Shown here: positions 40,175 through 52,800 of the stretch, piece after piece
Numbering within the stretch: position 1 is the stretch's first letter
How the letters are laid out: the number at the start of each line of letters is the position of its first letter
DNA from: Rhodothermales bacterium
Lineage (GTDB): Bacteria; Bacteroidota; Rhodothermia; Rhodothermales; Bin80
Assembly (NCBI GenBank): GCA_965220365.1
Contig: OZ244823.1
Coordinates: 2,725,125 to 2,789,124 of the forward strand
Direction of reading: 5' to 3'
Length of the DNA stretch: 64,000 nucleotides
Position numbers and translations under genes: made by a program
The notes under the pieces: model-generated
The model's input: only the letters and a program-made list of their open reading frames with translations
What the model was told of the DNA's origin: nothing
Database searches by the model: none

Positions 40175-41194
40175 TTACTGATGTAAACCACGTCCGACCG
40201 CATTTGCCACTTTGCGAACCTGTACAATCAGATCGGCGAACTGGCCAAAATTAAATGCCTGTAACCCATTTGAAGACGCACGGGGAGGGTCATGATGAAC
40301 ATCTACTGCAATCCCATCTGCACCTGCCGCAACGGCCGCACAGGCCAAAGATGTCACGTAATCTCGCATGCCCGTTCCCTGGCATGGATCAACGAAGACA
40401 GGTAAATGGCTTTTTACCTTAGCAACGGCTACTGCAGATAAGTCCACGGTATAACGCGTCGCTGATTCAAACGTACGGATCCCGCGCTCACACAAAATCA
40501 CACCTGTGTTTCCAGACCTCATAATGTATTCGGCCGCCATAAGCCACTCCTGTACCGTAGCTGCAAGACCTCGCTCAAGCAAGATTGGCTTATTTGACTC
40601 GCCCAGCACCCGCAATAATTCGAGATTCTGCATGTTGTGCGCCTGCACTAGCAGCATGCTCGCATATTCTGATATGGTCTCCACCTGCCCCGTACTGCTC
40701 ACTTCCATCACCAGCTTCAACCCACACTCATCTGCTGCCTGACGCATTACTTGGAATCCACCGCTTTCCAATCCCTGATATTCATAGAAAGATGTGCGTG
40801 GTTTCAGTATACTTCCCCGAAAGAGTGATGCCCCGGAGGTAGAAATCTGTGTTGCCGCTTCCTTAATTCTCTCCTCACTTTCGGTGCTGCGAAGACCTGC
40901 CATCACCGTAATTGCATGCCCACCGATGTGCAGACCATCGACATCAATAATGGACGATGCCTCCCGACCTACACGACTTGCCAGTTTATAGGGCTCCGTA
41001 ACCCTCTGCACATCTGCGACGCCGCTAAGTCCTCGGATGATCCGATGATCAAACCCCGGCCGGACTCCAATCGCACCTAACACCGTTTGGTTAATCCCAC
41101 TGGAGCGATGGACATCAAAGCCAAACGCATTGAGATTCGTAATTACAGCTTCGATATCTCCTTCCGAAGCTTTTTTCTTCATTATGACGACCAT
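40175..41194 (-). CDS. 3-deoxy-7-phosphoheptulonate (DAHP) synthase, type I-beta with N-terminal regulatory domain
   Basis: 339 aa. The ferredoxin-like N-terminal ~70 aa is followed by a KDO8P/DAHP-type TIM barrel (LLERG, VDPCQG...). Confidence 0.8.
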   Translation of the reverse strand: MVVIMKKKASEGDIEAVITNLNAFGFDVHRSSGINQTVLGAIGVRPGFDHRIIRGLSGVADVQRVTEPYKLASRVGREASSIIDVDGLHIGGHAITVMAGLRSTESEERIKEAATQISTSGASLFRGSILKPRTSFYEYQGLESGGFQVMRQAADECGLKLVMEVSSTGQVETISEYASMLLVQAHNMQNLELLRVLGESNKPILLERGLAATVQEWLMAAEYIMRSGNTGVILCERGIRTFESATRYTVDLSAVAVAKVKSHLPVFVDPCQGTGMRDYVTSLACAAVAAGADGIAVDVHHDPPRASSNGLQAFNFGQFADLIVQVRKVANAVGRGLHQ

Positions 41195-41244
41195 GGCAAC
41201 CGAGTGGCTGTGTGGCGGGTTCTACTTTGCCCCCGGAAAGGCGT

Positions 41245-41985
41245 TCAGCGATAGCGGTCAAGAGCAAATTTTTCGCCGAGATAATACTGGCGTACTTTCG
41301 GATCAGATGCAAGTTGTTCTGCCGTTCCCGACTTCATAATCTGACCATCAAACAGGAGATACGCCCGGTCTGTGATGGCTAAGGTTTCGTGGACATTGTG
41401 GTCGGTAATCAAAACCCCGATATTCAAGTCTGCCAGTTGACAGATGATTTCCTGAATATACTCAACGGTAATCGGATCCACCCCCGCAAACGGTTCGTCC
41501 AACAAAAAAAAGTCGGGCTCAAGCGCCATTGAGCGGGCAATTTCGGTTCTTCGACGCTCTCCCCCGGAGAGCGTGTAGGCTTTAGCAGTCCTGACCGTTT
41601 CCAGGCCAAACTGGCTAATCAACTTATCCACACGTAGATCCCGTTCGTCCCTGGATAATTTCTGAAACTCCAATACAGCATGAAGATTCTGTTCAACCGT
41701 CAACTGCTGAAAAACACTTGTCTCCTGGGCGAGATAGCCCAGTCCCCGACGTGCACGCTGATACATCGGGAGTGCAGTAATGTCGTCCTCTCCCAAATAA
41801 ATCCGCCCCCGATTTGGCTTTTCAAGCCCTACAATCATGTGAAACGATGTTGATTTTCCCGCCCCATTGGGGCCAAGTAGCCCTACAACCTCCCCGCATT
41901 GTACTTCAAGGGAGACATCGTCGACTACTGTCCGCTTCTTGAAGCGCTTGGTCAATCCCCTGGTCCGAAGCTTTAAGGCTCCCAT
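41245..41985 (-). CDS. lptB: LPS export ABC transporter ATP-binding protein
   Basis: GLLGPNGAGKSTSFHMIVGL, LSGGERRRTEIAR, LLDEPFAGVDP. Confidence 0.9.
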   Translation of the reverse strand: MGALKLRTRGLTKRFKKRTVVDDVSLEVQCGEVVGLLGPNGAGKSTSFHMIVGLEKPNRGRIYLGEDDITALPMYQRARRGLGYLAQETSVFQQLTVEQNLHAVLEFQKLSRDERDLRVDKLISQFGLETVRTAKAYTLSGGERRRTEIARSMALEPDFFLLDEPFAGVDPITVEYIQEIICQLADLNIGVLITDHNVHETLAITDRAYLLFDGQIMKSGTAEQLASDPKVRQYYLGEKFALDRYR

Positions 41986-43373
41986 CTGAATAGATCAGTT
42001 GAAAAATCACGAAGAAGTTCCTCTTTGGTGGGCCTTTGTGCTGGTTCCCATTTTAGTCCCTCAAGACCTAGCCCAGTTGGAAGTGCACTCTCCGGGTAAC
42101 GTGTTCCCACTACATCCGTGCTGAATGTCAGCGTTTTTAGTGAATCTCCTGTAAATTGCATACGAATCTCATCTCCCGATGCCTCTATAGCGCCATCAGG
42201 CTGATCCTCCTCATCCTTGCCAAAATATACAGCTTCTGCATTCGGACCAACCCTGAAGATGCGCACAGAGTCGCTTTGAAGTGTACTGAGAACATTTTTC
42301 CCCTTAACCTGATTGATCCGCTTTATCAGACTGTCTTCCTGTGCAATAAATGCATTTCCCCAGATAAACAAAGAATCCATCGCACTATCTTTCATCACCA
42401 CCTTCATTGTATCACCTGTCAACTGAGTATCATCCATCCATATGAAGGGTTGGCCATACAACCAGATCAACTGACTGGTATCATCTTTCGACCGATCATA
42501 GATCATTGAATCTGCAAGAGCGGCCAGAGAGTTATTCCATACGCGAACCCTTTTGCTTGCATTGAGGTGACTGTTTCCAGCACGATCTTGCATGCGGAGA
42601 AGCTCCGCCCGGATAAGGAGTGTGTCAATAGAAAGTGAGTCATACTCCAGGTGCATTAAAAATGGGTTTCCGCGGATGACGCTTGACGAATCTTCGGCAT
42701 TGTATTCCACCCGTTCACCTGCAACCCAGGTCGAATCATTGCCTGAGCCAATTTGATAACGTACGGATCCACGAGCGAGCGATATTGAAAAATCTCTATA
42801 GTGCGTCAGCGAATCTGCGATCAGCTTTACATCTCTGGACTCCATCTCAACCGTACCCCCAAGATCAGCAACTTTGTCGTCAACCCAATAGATGCCAGTC
42901 TGCCCGGTCAGAGTTGTAGTTGAATCCTGCAACAACAGTCCTTCTGGAAATTCAATACGTTTTTCATCGACATAATGAACCCCGGTTGGAGATAACGTCA
43001 CGACTTCCCCATCGGAGAGTCGGACATTGCCTACCGCCCATCCCACTTCCAATTCTTCATCATAATGCAATGAATCCGCCCGCAGGGTGTCCCCTTCATC
43101 AATCAATACAGCCTCTCTCATGAAAGATGTTCTGCGCCGCGTAACATTCCGAATTGCCTGATCTGCTGTAATCCGAGTTTGGCCGTGTAGGACGTGTACA
43201 TCTCCACTGATATACTGGAAAAAATCTTCCTGCTCATGCAGACCAATGAGCGAATCTCCTGCCACAGATACAGAATCTGTATCTGCATGGACAAAGAATG
43301 CTCTGGGATGCTCATCCCCATGGACCCGCGGCATACCGAGTATAACAAGAAGCCACAGCGCGATCGGTCTCAT
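41973..43373 (-). CDS. OstA/LptA-like periplasmic protein (extended)
   Basis: 466 aa with signal peptide and repeated OstA-like beta-jellyroll stretches. It sits between lptC-like and lptB with overlapping stops and starts. Confidence 0.55.
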   Translation of the reverse strand: MRPIALWLLVILGMPRVHGDEHPRAFFVHADTDSVSVAGDSLIGLHEQEDFFQYISGDVHVLHGQTRITADQAIRNVTRRRTSFMREAVLIDEGDTLRADSLHYDEELEVGWAVGNVRLSDGEVVTLSPTGVHYVDEKRIEFPEGLLLQDSTTTLTGQTGIYWVDDKVADLGGTVEMESRDVKLIADSLTHYRDFSISLARGSVRYQIGSGNDSTWVAGERVEYNAEDSSSVIRGNPFLMHLEYDSLSIDTLLIRAELLRMQDRAGNSHLNASKRVRVWNNSLAALADSMIYDRSKDDTSQLIWLYGQPFIWMDDTQLTGDTMKVVMKDSAMDSLFIWGNAFIAQEDSLIKRINQVKGKNVLSTLQSDSVRIFRVGPNAEAVYFGKDEEDQPDGAIEASGDEIRMQFTGDSLKTLTFSTDVVGTRYPESALPTGLGLEGLKWEPAQRPTKEELLRDFSTDLFRWEP

Positions 43374-43984
43374 TGATCAATCACGATCTCGGCTGTGAAC
43401 CGGCCAATCTGATACGTAGCCAGATCTTCCGTCGCCTCAAGCCCCATCCCCGAAACTGTTTCCTCAGGTGTAGTAATGTGCACAAATTCATTCGTTCGCA
43501 TAAGCTGATCCCTCTCCCACCACTCAATTCGCTCCGTAGCTAACGTTCGATTATCATCTGTTTCAATCAGCACTCCTCCTTCAGCAATAAAATATTCCTC
43601 GTTTTTATAATAAATCACATGATCGGCTTCAAGTAATGCCGAAAATGCCCCCGTAGAATCATGAATGACAACCTCCACCTTTTTCTCCAAGCCTTGAAGA
43701 TGCTGAATGGTCGTATCGCTTTCGCCAATCCATTGCACATGGTCTGCTGAGATCCTGAGTCTTGGCAAACTTTCGTCGAGATCTGACTCTGCCTGGGAGA
43801 TCATAATTTGGACATTCCAACTTTCTCTGGCAGGCTCCGAAGAGGATGTGGGTCCCCCAGATAAATCCTGACGGGAGCAGGATGTCAGGAGCAATGCCAG
43901 CAGCAGAACAAGCCTAGGAAGCACCTGTGGATGTTCAACGAAGCGGGATATGTAAGTAACTTGAAGCGGCGAAATCAATAACAC
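43370..43984 (-). CDS. lptC: LptC-like protein
   Basis: 204 aa with a membrane/lipoprotein-like N-terminus. The C-terminal pattern ...ERIEWWERDQLMRTNEFVHITTPEETVSGMGLEATEDLATYQI is LptC-like, and the operon context agrees. Confidence 0.6.
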   Translation of the reverse strand: MLLISPLQVTYISRFVEHPQVLPRLVLLLALLLTSCSRQDLSGGPTSSSEPARESWNVQIMISQAESDLDESLPRLRISADHVQWIGESDTTIQHLQGLEKKVEVVIHDSTGAFSALLEADHVIYYKNEEYFIAEGGVLIETDDNRTLATERIEWWERDQLMRTNEFVHITTPEETVSGMGLEATEDLATYQIGRFTAEIVIDQ

Positions 43985-44021
43985 AGGACGGGAAAGACGC
44001 CGACAATATGTGCGCTTTTTG

Positions 44022-44094
44022 AGCGGGAAACGAGACTCGAACTCGCGACCTTCTGCATGGCAAGCAGATGCTCTACCAACTGAGCTATTCCCGC
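44022..44094 (-). tRNA. tRNA-Gly (anticodon GCC)
   Basis: Reverse complement: acceptor GCGGGAA/TTCCCGC; D arm GCTC-AGTTGGTA-GAGC; anticodon arm TCTGC-TTGCCAT-GCAGA; variable AGGTC; T arm GCGAG-TTCGAGT-CTCGT; discriminator T. 73 nt, CCA not encoded. Confidence 0.95.
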
Positions 44095-44147
44095 AAACTT
44101 AAGGGATCTGGTACGTGAATATTGTGCCGGGGGTTCCGGTGAACTGT

Positions 44148-45203
44148 TTATGCATCACGGGCTTTCAGTAGGCCTTGCTTCATGAGTAATTCCGCATTCA
44201 GAACGGCACCACCCGCCGCACCCCGAATCGTGTTATGAGACAAAGCAACGAACTTATAATCCAGGACCTCACAGGGGCGAATCCGTCCAATGCTTACGGT
44301 CATACCACCACCCAAGTCAGAATGCCGCCTCGGCTGTGGGAAACGCTCATCTTCAAATACATGTAATAATTTCTCCGGCTCAGTTGGTAAAAACAAATCT
44401 TTGATTGGGCTAACAAATGATTCGAATGCATCGTGCACTTCATCCTGGCCTACGCTCATGCCCAATTTGACCGAGATACACTCAAGATGCCCTTCCAGAA
44501 CAGGAACACGATTGCACTGGGCACTGATGCGGATGGATTGCGGATGCAGAACACCGCCAGCAACAGTCCCCAACAGTTTATTTGGCTCATGAACCAACTT
44601 ATCCTCCTCACCTCCAATGAATGGCACAACGTTCGCCAAGGCGTCTAGTGACGACACTCCGGGATAGCCGGCACCAGAAAGAGCCTGCATCGTAGTGACC
44701 TGAACGGCCTCAAGACCAAATTTGTCGTGAAGCGGCTTGAGTGCACAGGTTAGACCAACGGTAGAGCAATTGGGGTTGGTAACGATATACCCCGCACTCT
44801 GCCAGTCCTGATTTTTGATCAAAAAAGTATGATCTGGATTGATTTCGGGAATCAGCAGAGGAACATCCAGATGCATCCGAAAACTCTTCGCATTGGAAAT
44901 GACCGGATACCCTGCCTTAGCCAGCTTTGGCTCGGCATGATCCGCGACTGAGGCATGCAGCCCTGAGAAGACAACATCGCATGGCAGATCGTCACTGAAT
45001 GATGACACCTCCATGGAGGCAACGGATGCCGGAATCTCTGCCGCTCCAATCCAATTGACGGCATCACGGTACTTTCTCCCTGCTGACCGGTCCGATGCAA
45101 CAAGAGCCGTGATTTTGAACCAGGGATGCCCTTGAAGAAGCTCAATAAATTTCTGACCTACTGCACCCGTCGCGCCGACAATTCCTGCCCGGAGCATGCT
45201 CAT
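44148..45203 (-). CDS. asd: aspartate-semialdehyde dehydrogenase
   Basis: [14 protein letters not shown]-terminus, active-site region NPNCSTV, 351 aa. Confidence 0.9.
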   Translation of the reverse strand: MSMLRAGIVGATGAVGQKFIELLQGHPWFKITALVASDRSAGRKYRDAVNWIGAAEIPASVASMEVSSFSDDLPCDVVFSGLHASVADHAEPKLAKAGYPVISNAKSFRMHLDVPLLIPEINPDHTFLIKNQDWQSAGYIVTNPNCSTVGLTCALKPLHDKFGLEAVQVTTMQALSGAGYPGVSSLDALANVVPFIGGEEDKLVHEPNKLLGTVAGGVLHPQSIRISAQCNRVPVLEGHLECISVKLGMSVGQDEVHDAFESFVSPIKDLFLPTEPEKLLHVFEDERFPQPRRHSDLGGGMTVSIGRIRPCEVLDYKFVALSHNTIRGAAGGAVLNAELLMKQGLLKARDA

Positions 45204-45340
45204 GTAATTTTGAATGTATCACGAATACCGAACGGACATGCTACGAGCACTGCCTCCAATTGTGCCCAACTTGTAGCACAACGGTAAAAATTTATTCACT
45301 GAAAGCAGCGGGAATGATGTTCGGTTCGGGCTACTGACAC

Positions 45341-46471
45341 TCAACCATATGGGCCGCAACCCGCCTGATAACCTATGACTGAATCAATCAGTGGGTCGAT
45401 GTGACGTTGACGCCATGTCAACACTATCTCATTTAACTCATCCTGATCAATCAGGAACGTGTCGTGACCATGGGGCCCCTCCATAACGGCTAACTCCGAC
45501 TGGGGAATGTACCGGCAAAGATCTTCTTGTTCTTCCAGTAGATAGAGAACATCCGAGCGGATTCCAACTGCCAGCGTCGGCTGCGTAATCGCCTTAAGCG
45601 TAACTCCATATTCATCCCTACCCCGAGCGACATCGTGCGTATCCATCAAACGTGTCAGATACACATAGCAGGCAGGATCAAACCGGTTGATAATCATATC
45701 TCCGTGATGATGAAGCCAGGTCTCAGCTCTGAATGAGCCGGCCCGATTCCGGCCTCGCCCGAATCGAGATTCGAATGATCCTAGTGAGCGGTACGATATC
45801 ATTGCCATCATGCGTGCCACAGCCAGCCCGTTTTGAGGAGGAGAGTCCAGTTCGTAGGCACCATCCTTCCAGCTCGGGTCTGAATAAATCGCCTGTCGCT
45901 GCGCTTCGCTCCACGCAATACACCAGGAAGAGTGTCGCCCTCCTACTGCAATGGGTACAATCCCCTGAACATAATCACCACCATAGTAGGCCCACTCAAG
46001 TGCCTGCATCCCTCCCATGCTTCCACCAATCACAAATGCGATCTTGCGAACACCAAGGGTGTCCAATAGCCTTTTGTGGAGTCTGACCGTGTCTCTGATA
46101 CTTGCTTGGGGAAGCGTATCCCGGTAAGCCACGCCGGTCTCTGGATTGATTGAGATTGGCGAAACCGTGCCGTAGGGAGAACCAATCACATTGGCACATA
46201 CAACATAGTATTTGTCTGTATCCAATGCCTTGCCCGGACCGATGCACCCGTGCCACCAGGACCGAGCATCTGGAGTACTGGTGAGGGAGTGCCCGACAAC
46301 AATCACATTATCTCCTTCTTCATTCAATTCTCCCCAGCGCTCGTAGCCCACGGGGACTTCATTCAGAACCTCTCCGTTCTCAAACTCAAAGGTCGGTATG
46401 TTGATGATTCTTGGCATCAGTCTCCAGGCGGCGTACCCGAAAATCGGATACGCCGCCCTGACAGAAATCAC
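45341..46471 (-). CDS. metX: homoserine O-acetyltransferase
   Basis: FEFENGEVL...VPVGYERWGELN, nucleophile elbow GGSMGGMQALEW. The true start may be the Met at 46417 (MPRIINIPTF). Confidence 0.85.
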   Translation of the reverse strand: MISVRAAYPIFGYAAWRLMPRIINIPTFEFENGEVLNEVPVGYERWGELNEEGDNVIVVGHSLTSTPDARSWWHGCIGPGKALDTDKYYVVCANVIGSPYGTVSPISINPETGVAYRDTLPQASIRDTVRLHKRLLDTLGVRKIAFVIGGSMGGMQALEWAYYGGDYVQGIVPIAVGGRHSSWCIAWSEAQRQAIYSDPSWKDGAYELDSPPQNGLAVARMMAMISYRSLGSFESRFGRGRNRAGSFRAETWLHHHGDMIINRFDPACYVYLTRLMDTHDVARGRDEYGVTLKAITQPTLAVGIRSDVLYLLEEQEDLCRYIPQSELAVMEGPHGHDTFLIDQDELNEIVLTWRQRHIDPLIDSVIGYQAGCGPYG

Positions 46472-46477
46472 ACAATA

Positions 46478-47824
<1,347 letters not shown>

Positions 47825-47856
47825 TTAAGGGTAATGCACAACGCCGAACCCTTATC

Positions 47857-47915
47857 AAGAAGAAACTGGCTTTTCCCATGGAGCCCCTTCCAGGTGGGAT
47901 GACGGAAAAGGCTGG
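47857..47915 (-). terminator. riboswitch expression-platform terminator hairpin with U-tract
   Basis: Minus strand: CCAGCCTTTTCC-(26 nt)-GGGAAAAGCCAG, with one mismatch in the stem, followed by TTTCTTCTT. It lies between the SAM aptamer and the metY start. Confidence 0.5.
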
Positions 47916-47948
47916 ACTGCGAGTTAGAAATCAACTCAGGCCCTTCCG

Positions 47949-48065
47949 CTCATCTATCCCCACAAACGCGGGGCAGGAAGTGGCACCTTCCGCACGAGGG
48001 GTCCAAACCTCGTGGGGGGTTGCCAGGGTTTCACAGGGCCTGAACCCTCCACCCTTCTCGATGAG
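47949..48065 (-). promoter_or_regulatory. SAM-I (S-box) riboswitch aptamer
   Basis: The minus strand reads CTCATCGAGAAGGGTGGAGGGTTCAGGCCCTGTGAAACCCTGGCAACC-CCCCACGAGGTTTGGACCCCTCGTGCGGAA-GGTGCCACTTCCTGCCCCGCGTTTGTGGGGATAGATGAG. All conserved S-box blocks are present (P1 CTCATC/GATGAG, GAGGGA-type kink-turn, GGCCC..TGAAACCC..GGCAACC, GGTGCCA.TTCC). It sits upstream of metY-metX. Confidence 0.85.
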
Positions 48066-48349
48066 CTGCACGGACATCGTGTCAACTGAGACAATAATAC
48101 GGCTTTTTGGGGAAAAGTTCCAGTTTTTCGAAAAAAAACTTGATAATCCCCCCAAAAATATCATAAATGCCTACTTACGCCCCTGCGAAAACTGGACTTG
48201 GTCCGACAAAAATGACGGGCAATACAATCATTTTTTTCAGTTTATGATGAAACGGCCATGACCGGCGTATCTGGCGACAAGGGACGATCAAAGGTCTGGG
48301 TGTGTGCGGAGGATGCCTTCGAAACGTAAAAATCCCGCGAGCCTTCAGA

Positions 48350-49804
48350 TCACCTGCGTGGCAGATCTCCTGCTCCCTTTGTTGGGAGGGCAATAAATCC
48401 AGACAAGTAGGCATCTGCATGACGGGCAGCCTCGCGACCTTCACTGATGGCCCAAACCACTAAAGATTGACCACGCCGTGCATCACCTGCCGCAAAAATA
48501 CCCGGCACATTGGTCTGATAATCGCTCCCTGTCTTGTAGTTACTCCTGTGATCTAATTTCAGCCCAAGTGGACCTGCAATCCCCTCCGTCTCCGGACCAG
48601 TGTACCCAATTGCGAGAAGCACAAGATCGGCAGACCAATGCTTTTTTGTTTCTGGATGTTCGATAATTTTCCGACCATCAAGCTCCACACGGACCGTTTG
48701 AAGGCTCTTTACCTGCCCCTTTTTCCCCTCAAACGCTTTCGTCATGATGCTCCAATGACGATCTGCACCCTCTTGATGGGAAGAACTGGTCCGCAGAACC
48801 ATTGGATAATAGGGCCAAGGTTGGTGCGTCGGTCGCGAATCTGGAGGTGTCGGTAGCAGTTCGAATTGCGTAATTGACTTTGCGCCCTGCCGATTCGCAG
48901 TACCCACACAATCACTTCCAGTATCCCCTCCACCAATCACGATCACATCTTTACCAGTAGCGCTGATATGTTCAATGTTCTCCCGTACCAGATCATCCCC
49001 TTCGTTGAGCTTGTTCTGCTGACGCAGGTAGTCAAACGCGTAGTAGATTCCCTTAAATTTTCGACCACGAACGGGAAGATTCCTCGGCTTTGTAGCCCCT
49101 GTACATACAACAACAGCATCGAATTCACGCAGCCTTGAGCAGGCATACGATCCTCCCACTTCTGCGCGAGTGATAAACTGGATTCCACTTTTCTTCATTA
49201 CATCAAGACGACGATCAAGAACCCACTTCTCCAGCTTAAAATCTGGAATGCCATATCGCAATAAACCGCCGATCCGATCATCCCGCTCTAATACAGTTAC
49301 GCGGTGCCCCGCACGATTTAACTGATCTGCAGCAGCCAGCCCAGCAGGGCCGGATCCGATTACCGCTACTTTTTTTCCAGTCCTTCGCACCGGCTGTTCT
49401 GGTTTTACCCATCCCGAGCGGAATGCATACTCAATGATCTCCTGCTCAATTTGCTCAATCGTGACCGGATCATCAATGATTCCCAGAACACAAGCGGTTT
49501 CGCAAGGTGCAGGACAAATCCGTCCCGTAAATTCTGGAAAATTATTCGTCGCACTCAACCGCTCATAGGCTGCTTTCCAATCACCACGATAGACGAGATC
49601 ATTCCAGTCAGGAATGACATTGCCCAAGGGACATCCCGATTGGCAAAATGGGATCCCGCAGTCCATGCAGCGTGCAGCCTGTCGCCGCAGCCGACGCTCA
49701 CTGAATGGAGCATACACTTCACGCCAATCCTTTACCCGCTCTTTGACCGGACGATGGGCAGGCAGCTCGCGCTGATATTCGATAAACCCTGTCGTCTTCC
49801 CCAT
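48350..49804 (-). CDS. gltD: glutamate synthase small subunit (NADPH)
   Basis: 484 aa. N-terminal Fe-S Cys clusters (CMDCGIPFC, CPLGN..), dinucleotide folds VAVIGSGPAGLAAA and VIGGGDTGSDC. Confidence 0.9.
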   Translation of the reverse strand: MGKTTGFIEYQRELPAHRPVKERVKDWREVYAPFSERRLRRQAARCMDCGIPFCQSGCPLGNVIPDWNDLVYRGDWKAAYERLSATNNFPEFTGRICPAPCETACVLGIIDDPVTIEQIEQEIIEYAFRSGWVKPEQPVRRTGKKVAVIGSGPAGLAAADQLNRAGHRVTVLERDDRIGGLLRYGIPDFKLEKWVLDRRLDVMKKSGIQFITRAEVGGSYACSRLREFDAVVVCTGATKPRNLPVRGRKFKGIYYAFDYLRQQNKLNEGDDLVRENIEHISATGKDVIVIGGGDTGSDCVGTANRQGAKSITQFELLPTPPDSRPTHQPWPYYPMVLRTSSSHQEGADRHWSIMTKAFEGKKGQVKSLQTVRVELDGRKIIEHPETKKHWSADLVLLAIGYTGPETEGIAGPLGLKLDHRSNYKTGSDYQTNVPGIFAAGDARRGQSLVVWAISEGREAARHADAYLSGFIALPTKGAGDLPRR

Positions 49805-49808
49805 CTAA

Positions 49809-52800
49809 TTATGCTGCAATCGCCAAAGATTCTTTCTCTTTGGCTAAGCGCTCTAGTGCATTCCGGTACTCAACAGGCATGACCTGTACAAAATCGGCCA
49901 GGGCGGTCTCCCAGTTCTCTAAGACCCATTGCGCTGCACGACTCCCTGTATACCGAAAATGATTCTCAATCATCGTCCGCAGTTCAAGGATGCTCTCCTG
50001 CTGATCCATTTCCAGTAACTCGACCGATTCCATGTTACATCGCTCGTTTCTGAACTCCCGTGTAGCATCAATCACATAGGCAATGCCTCCGCTCATTCCG
50101 GCGGCAAAATTTCGCCCCGTTTCCCCAAGAACAACCACACGACCTCCTGTCATGTACTCACAGCCATGATCTCCAACGGACTCAACCACAGCATGAACGC
50201 CACTATTCCTTACACAAAAGCGCTCCCCTGCTCCTCCCCGTATATATGCCTCCCCACTGGTGGCCCCGTAAAAAGCAACGTTACCGATAAGGATGTTCTT
50301 GTGAGGTTCGTAGGTTGCCTCTGGTGGTGGAGAGATCATCAGTTTCGCACCAGAGAGCCCCTTTCCGAAATAATCATTCGCATCTCCCTGGATGTTAAAC
50401 GTTACCCCTTTGCAGGCAAAAGCTGCGAAGCTCTGCCCTGCGGAGCCGCTGCAGTTGAAGGTGATCGTATCGTCTTCTAATCGATTTTCCCGAAAACGCT
50501 GTGCCAGTGCATGGCTTAGCATGGTGCCAACGGTACGATTGGTATTTCTGATTTGAATGTCGGCAACTACGGGTTTGCGTTTCTTTAGCGCAGGCTGGGC
50601 CAACGCGATCAATTCATGATCAAGTGCGTGTTCCAAGCCATGGTCCTGTTCCGTAGTAGCAAACTCTTGCAATCTCTCAGGCACTTCAGGATGTACAAGG
50701 ATTCGAGATAGGTCCAAATGGCGGGCTTTCCAATGCTTGATTCCCCGTCGTGGCTTCAGTAAATCTACACGCCCACACATTTCTGAGAGTGTCCGCAACC
50801 CCAGTTTTGCCATGATTCCACGGAGTTCTTCGGCCACGAAGTGCAAATAGTTCACAACATGCTCCGGTTGCCCAGAAAATTTTTTGCGTAACTCTGGATC
50901 CTGCGTGGCAATTCCTACGGGACAGGTATTGAGATGGCATTTGCGCATCATGATGCATCCAAGTGTTACGAGTGGTGCCGTTGCAAAACCGAATTCATCT
51001 GCGCCCAACAGTGCCGCGACTGCGACATCTCTGCCTGTCTTCATTTGCCCATCACATTCCACGATAATGCGTGTACGCAATCCATGGTTCACAAGCGTTT
51101 GATGCGTCTCTGAAAGCCCGAGCTCCCAGGGCAGCCCTGCATGCATGATCGAGGTCTTTGGAGAAGCACCCGTTCCCCCATCTGTTCCACTAATGAGTAC
51201 GACATCTGCCTTCCCCTTGGCCACCCCTGCTGCAACAGTCCCCACACCAACCTCGGAGACAAGCTTAACACTGATCCGTGCATTTGAATTTGCATTCTTC
51301 AAATCATGAATCAATTGCGCCAAATCCTCAATGGAATAAATATCATGGTGTGGAGGGGGGGAGATCAGGCCGACATAGGGGGTAGAGTGTCTTAGCTTTG
51401 CAATCCAGGGATAAACCTTTTTGCCGGGGAGCTGTCCCCCCTCTCCTGGCTTAGCCCCCTGGGCGATCTTGATTTGAATCTCGTCAGCACTTTCCAGATA
51501 CTCAATCGTCACCCCAAACCTGCCGGAAGCAACCTGCTTAATCCGGCTTCGCCGAGGATTGTCATATCCGTATCGATCCGGCCCCTCACCTCCTTCACCG
51601 GTATTACTCTTACCCCCGATGGCGTTCATTGCAATCGCCAATGCCTCATGCGTCTCGCCACTGATAGAGCCATTGGACATGGCACCGGTCTTGAAGGATT
51701 TAACGATCTCGGTCCATGGCATTACCTCGTCCAAATCCACAGGCTCTGCGTTCGAGTAATCAAAGGTTAAAAGCCCCCTGAGGGTATTTGCAGCACCTTT
51801 GTTGATCTCGTCCGAAAAGGCTTTATAGGAGGTATGGGAGTTCGTTCGCGCAGCCTCCTGGACATTTGCAATTGCAGTTGGACTGAACGCGTGCCGCTCT
51901 CCGCCTCGACGCCACTGATATTGTCCCCCGACATCCAGATGATAAACTCCGGTTACCTGCTTTCGCGGAAACGCACGCTCATGGCGCATCTCTACTTCCT
52001 TGGCAAGAATATCAAGGCCGATTCCTCCAATTCTTGACGGGGTACCGCAAAAATATTGCTCCACCACTTCAGAGCTGATTCCAACTGCCTCAAAGATCTG
52101 AGCCCCCCGGTAACTCTGCAGCGTCGAAATTCCCATCTTGGACATTACCTTCAGGATTCCATATCCGATGGCTTTGATATAGCTGCTCTCTGCTTCGGAT
52201 TCAGAAATCTCTGTAAGTTCCTGCTTACGGACCATATGCCGTACACCGGATAACGCTACATATGGACAGACTGCCTCCGCGCCATACCCTATCAGCATAG
52301 CAAAATGATGCACCTCTCGAGGTTCACCGCTGTCCAGAATCAGTCCGCACCGAAGTCGCAGCCCTTTCTTGATCAAATGGTGATGGACTGCCCCTGTAGC
52401 CAATAAAGCCGGTATAGGTAGCTGGTTTTCCCCTGCCTCCCGATCAGACAGCACGATCAGGTTAGCGCCGTGACTGATTGCCTCGGCAGCCTCTTCCTGA
52501 AGTCGCTCCAATGCCATGGAAAGCTCACCCGACTGAAAACACATATTGAGCGTCTGGACACCGGAAACCCCTGCCTCAATGGACGCCAAATCTGATTCAG
52601 TCAGTATTGGCTGTTCGAGCCTTAATTTCTCACAATGTCGAGCGCTCTCACTAAAGAGGTTTCCACTACTTCCCAGATTCAGTGCCAACGATGTGACCAT
52701 GAACTCCCGAATCGCATCCAACGGAGGGTTCGTGACCTGTGCGAAGAGTTGCTTAAAGTAGTCGTAGAGTAATCGGGGCCGATCAGAAAGCACCGCCAAC

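Noticed and set aside
47848-47862. Plus-strand CTTATCAAGAAG, resembling the 5' end of a SAM-I riboswitch.
   Set aside because: No complementary P1 3' strand or other S-box blocks follow on the plus strand. The real aptamer is on the minus strand at 47949-48065, and this stretch is part of its expression platform.
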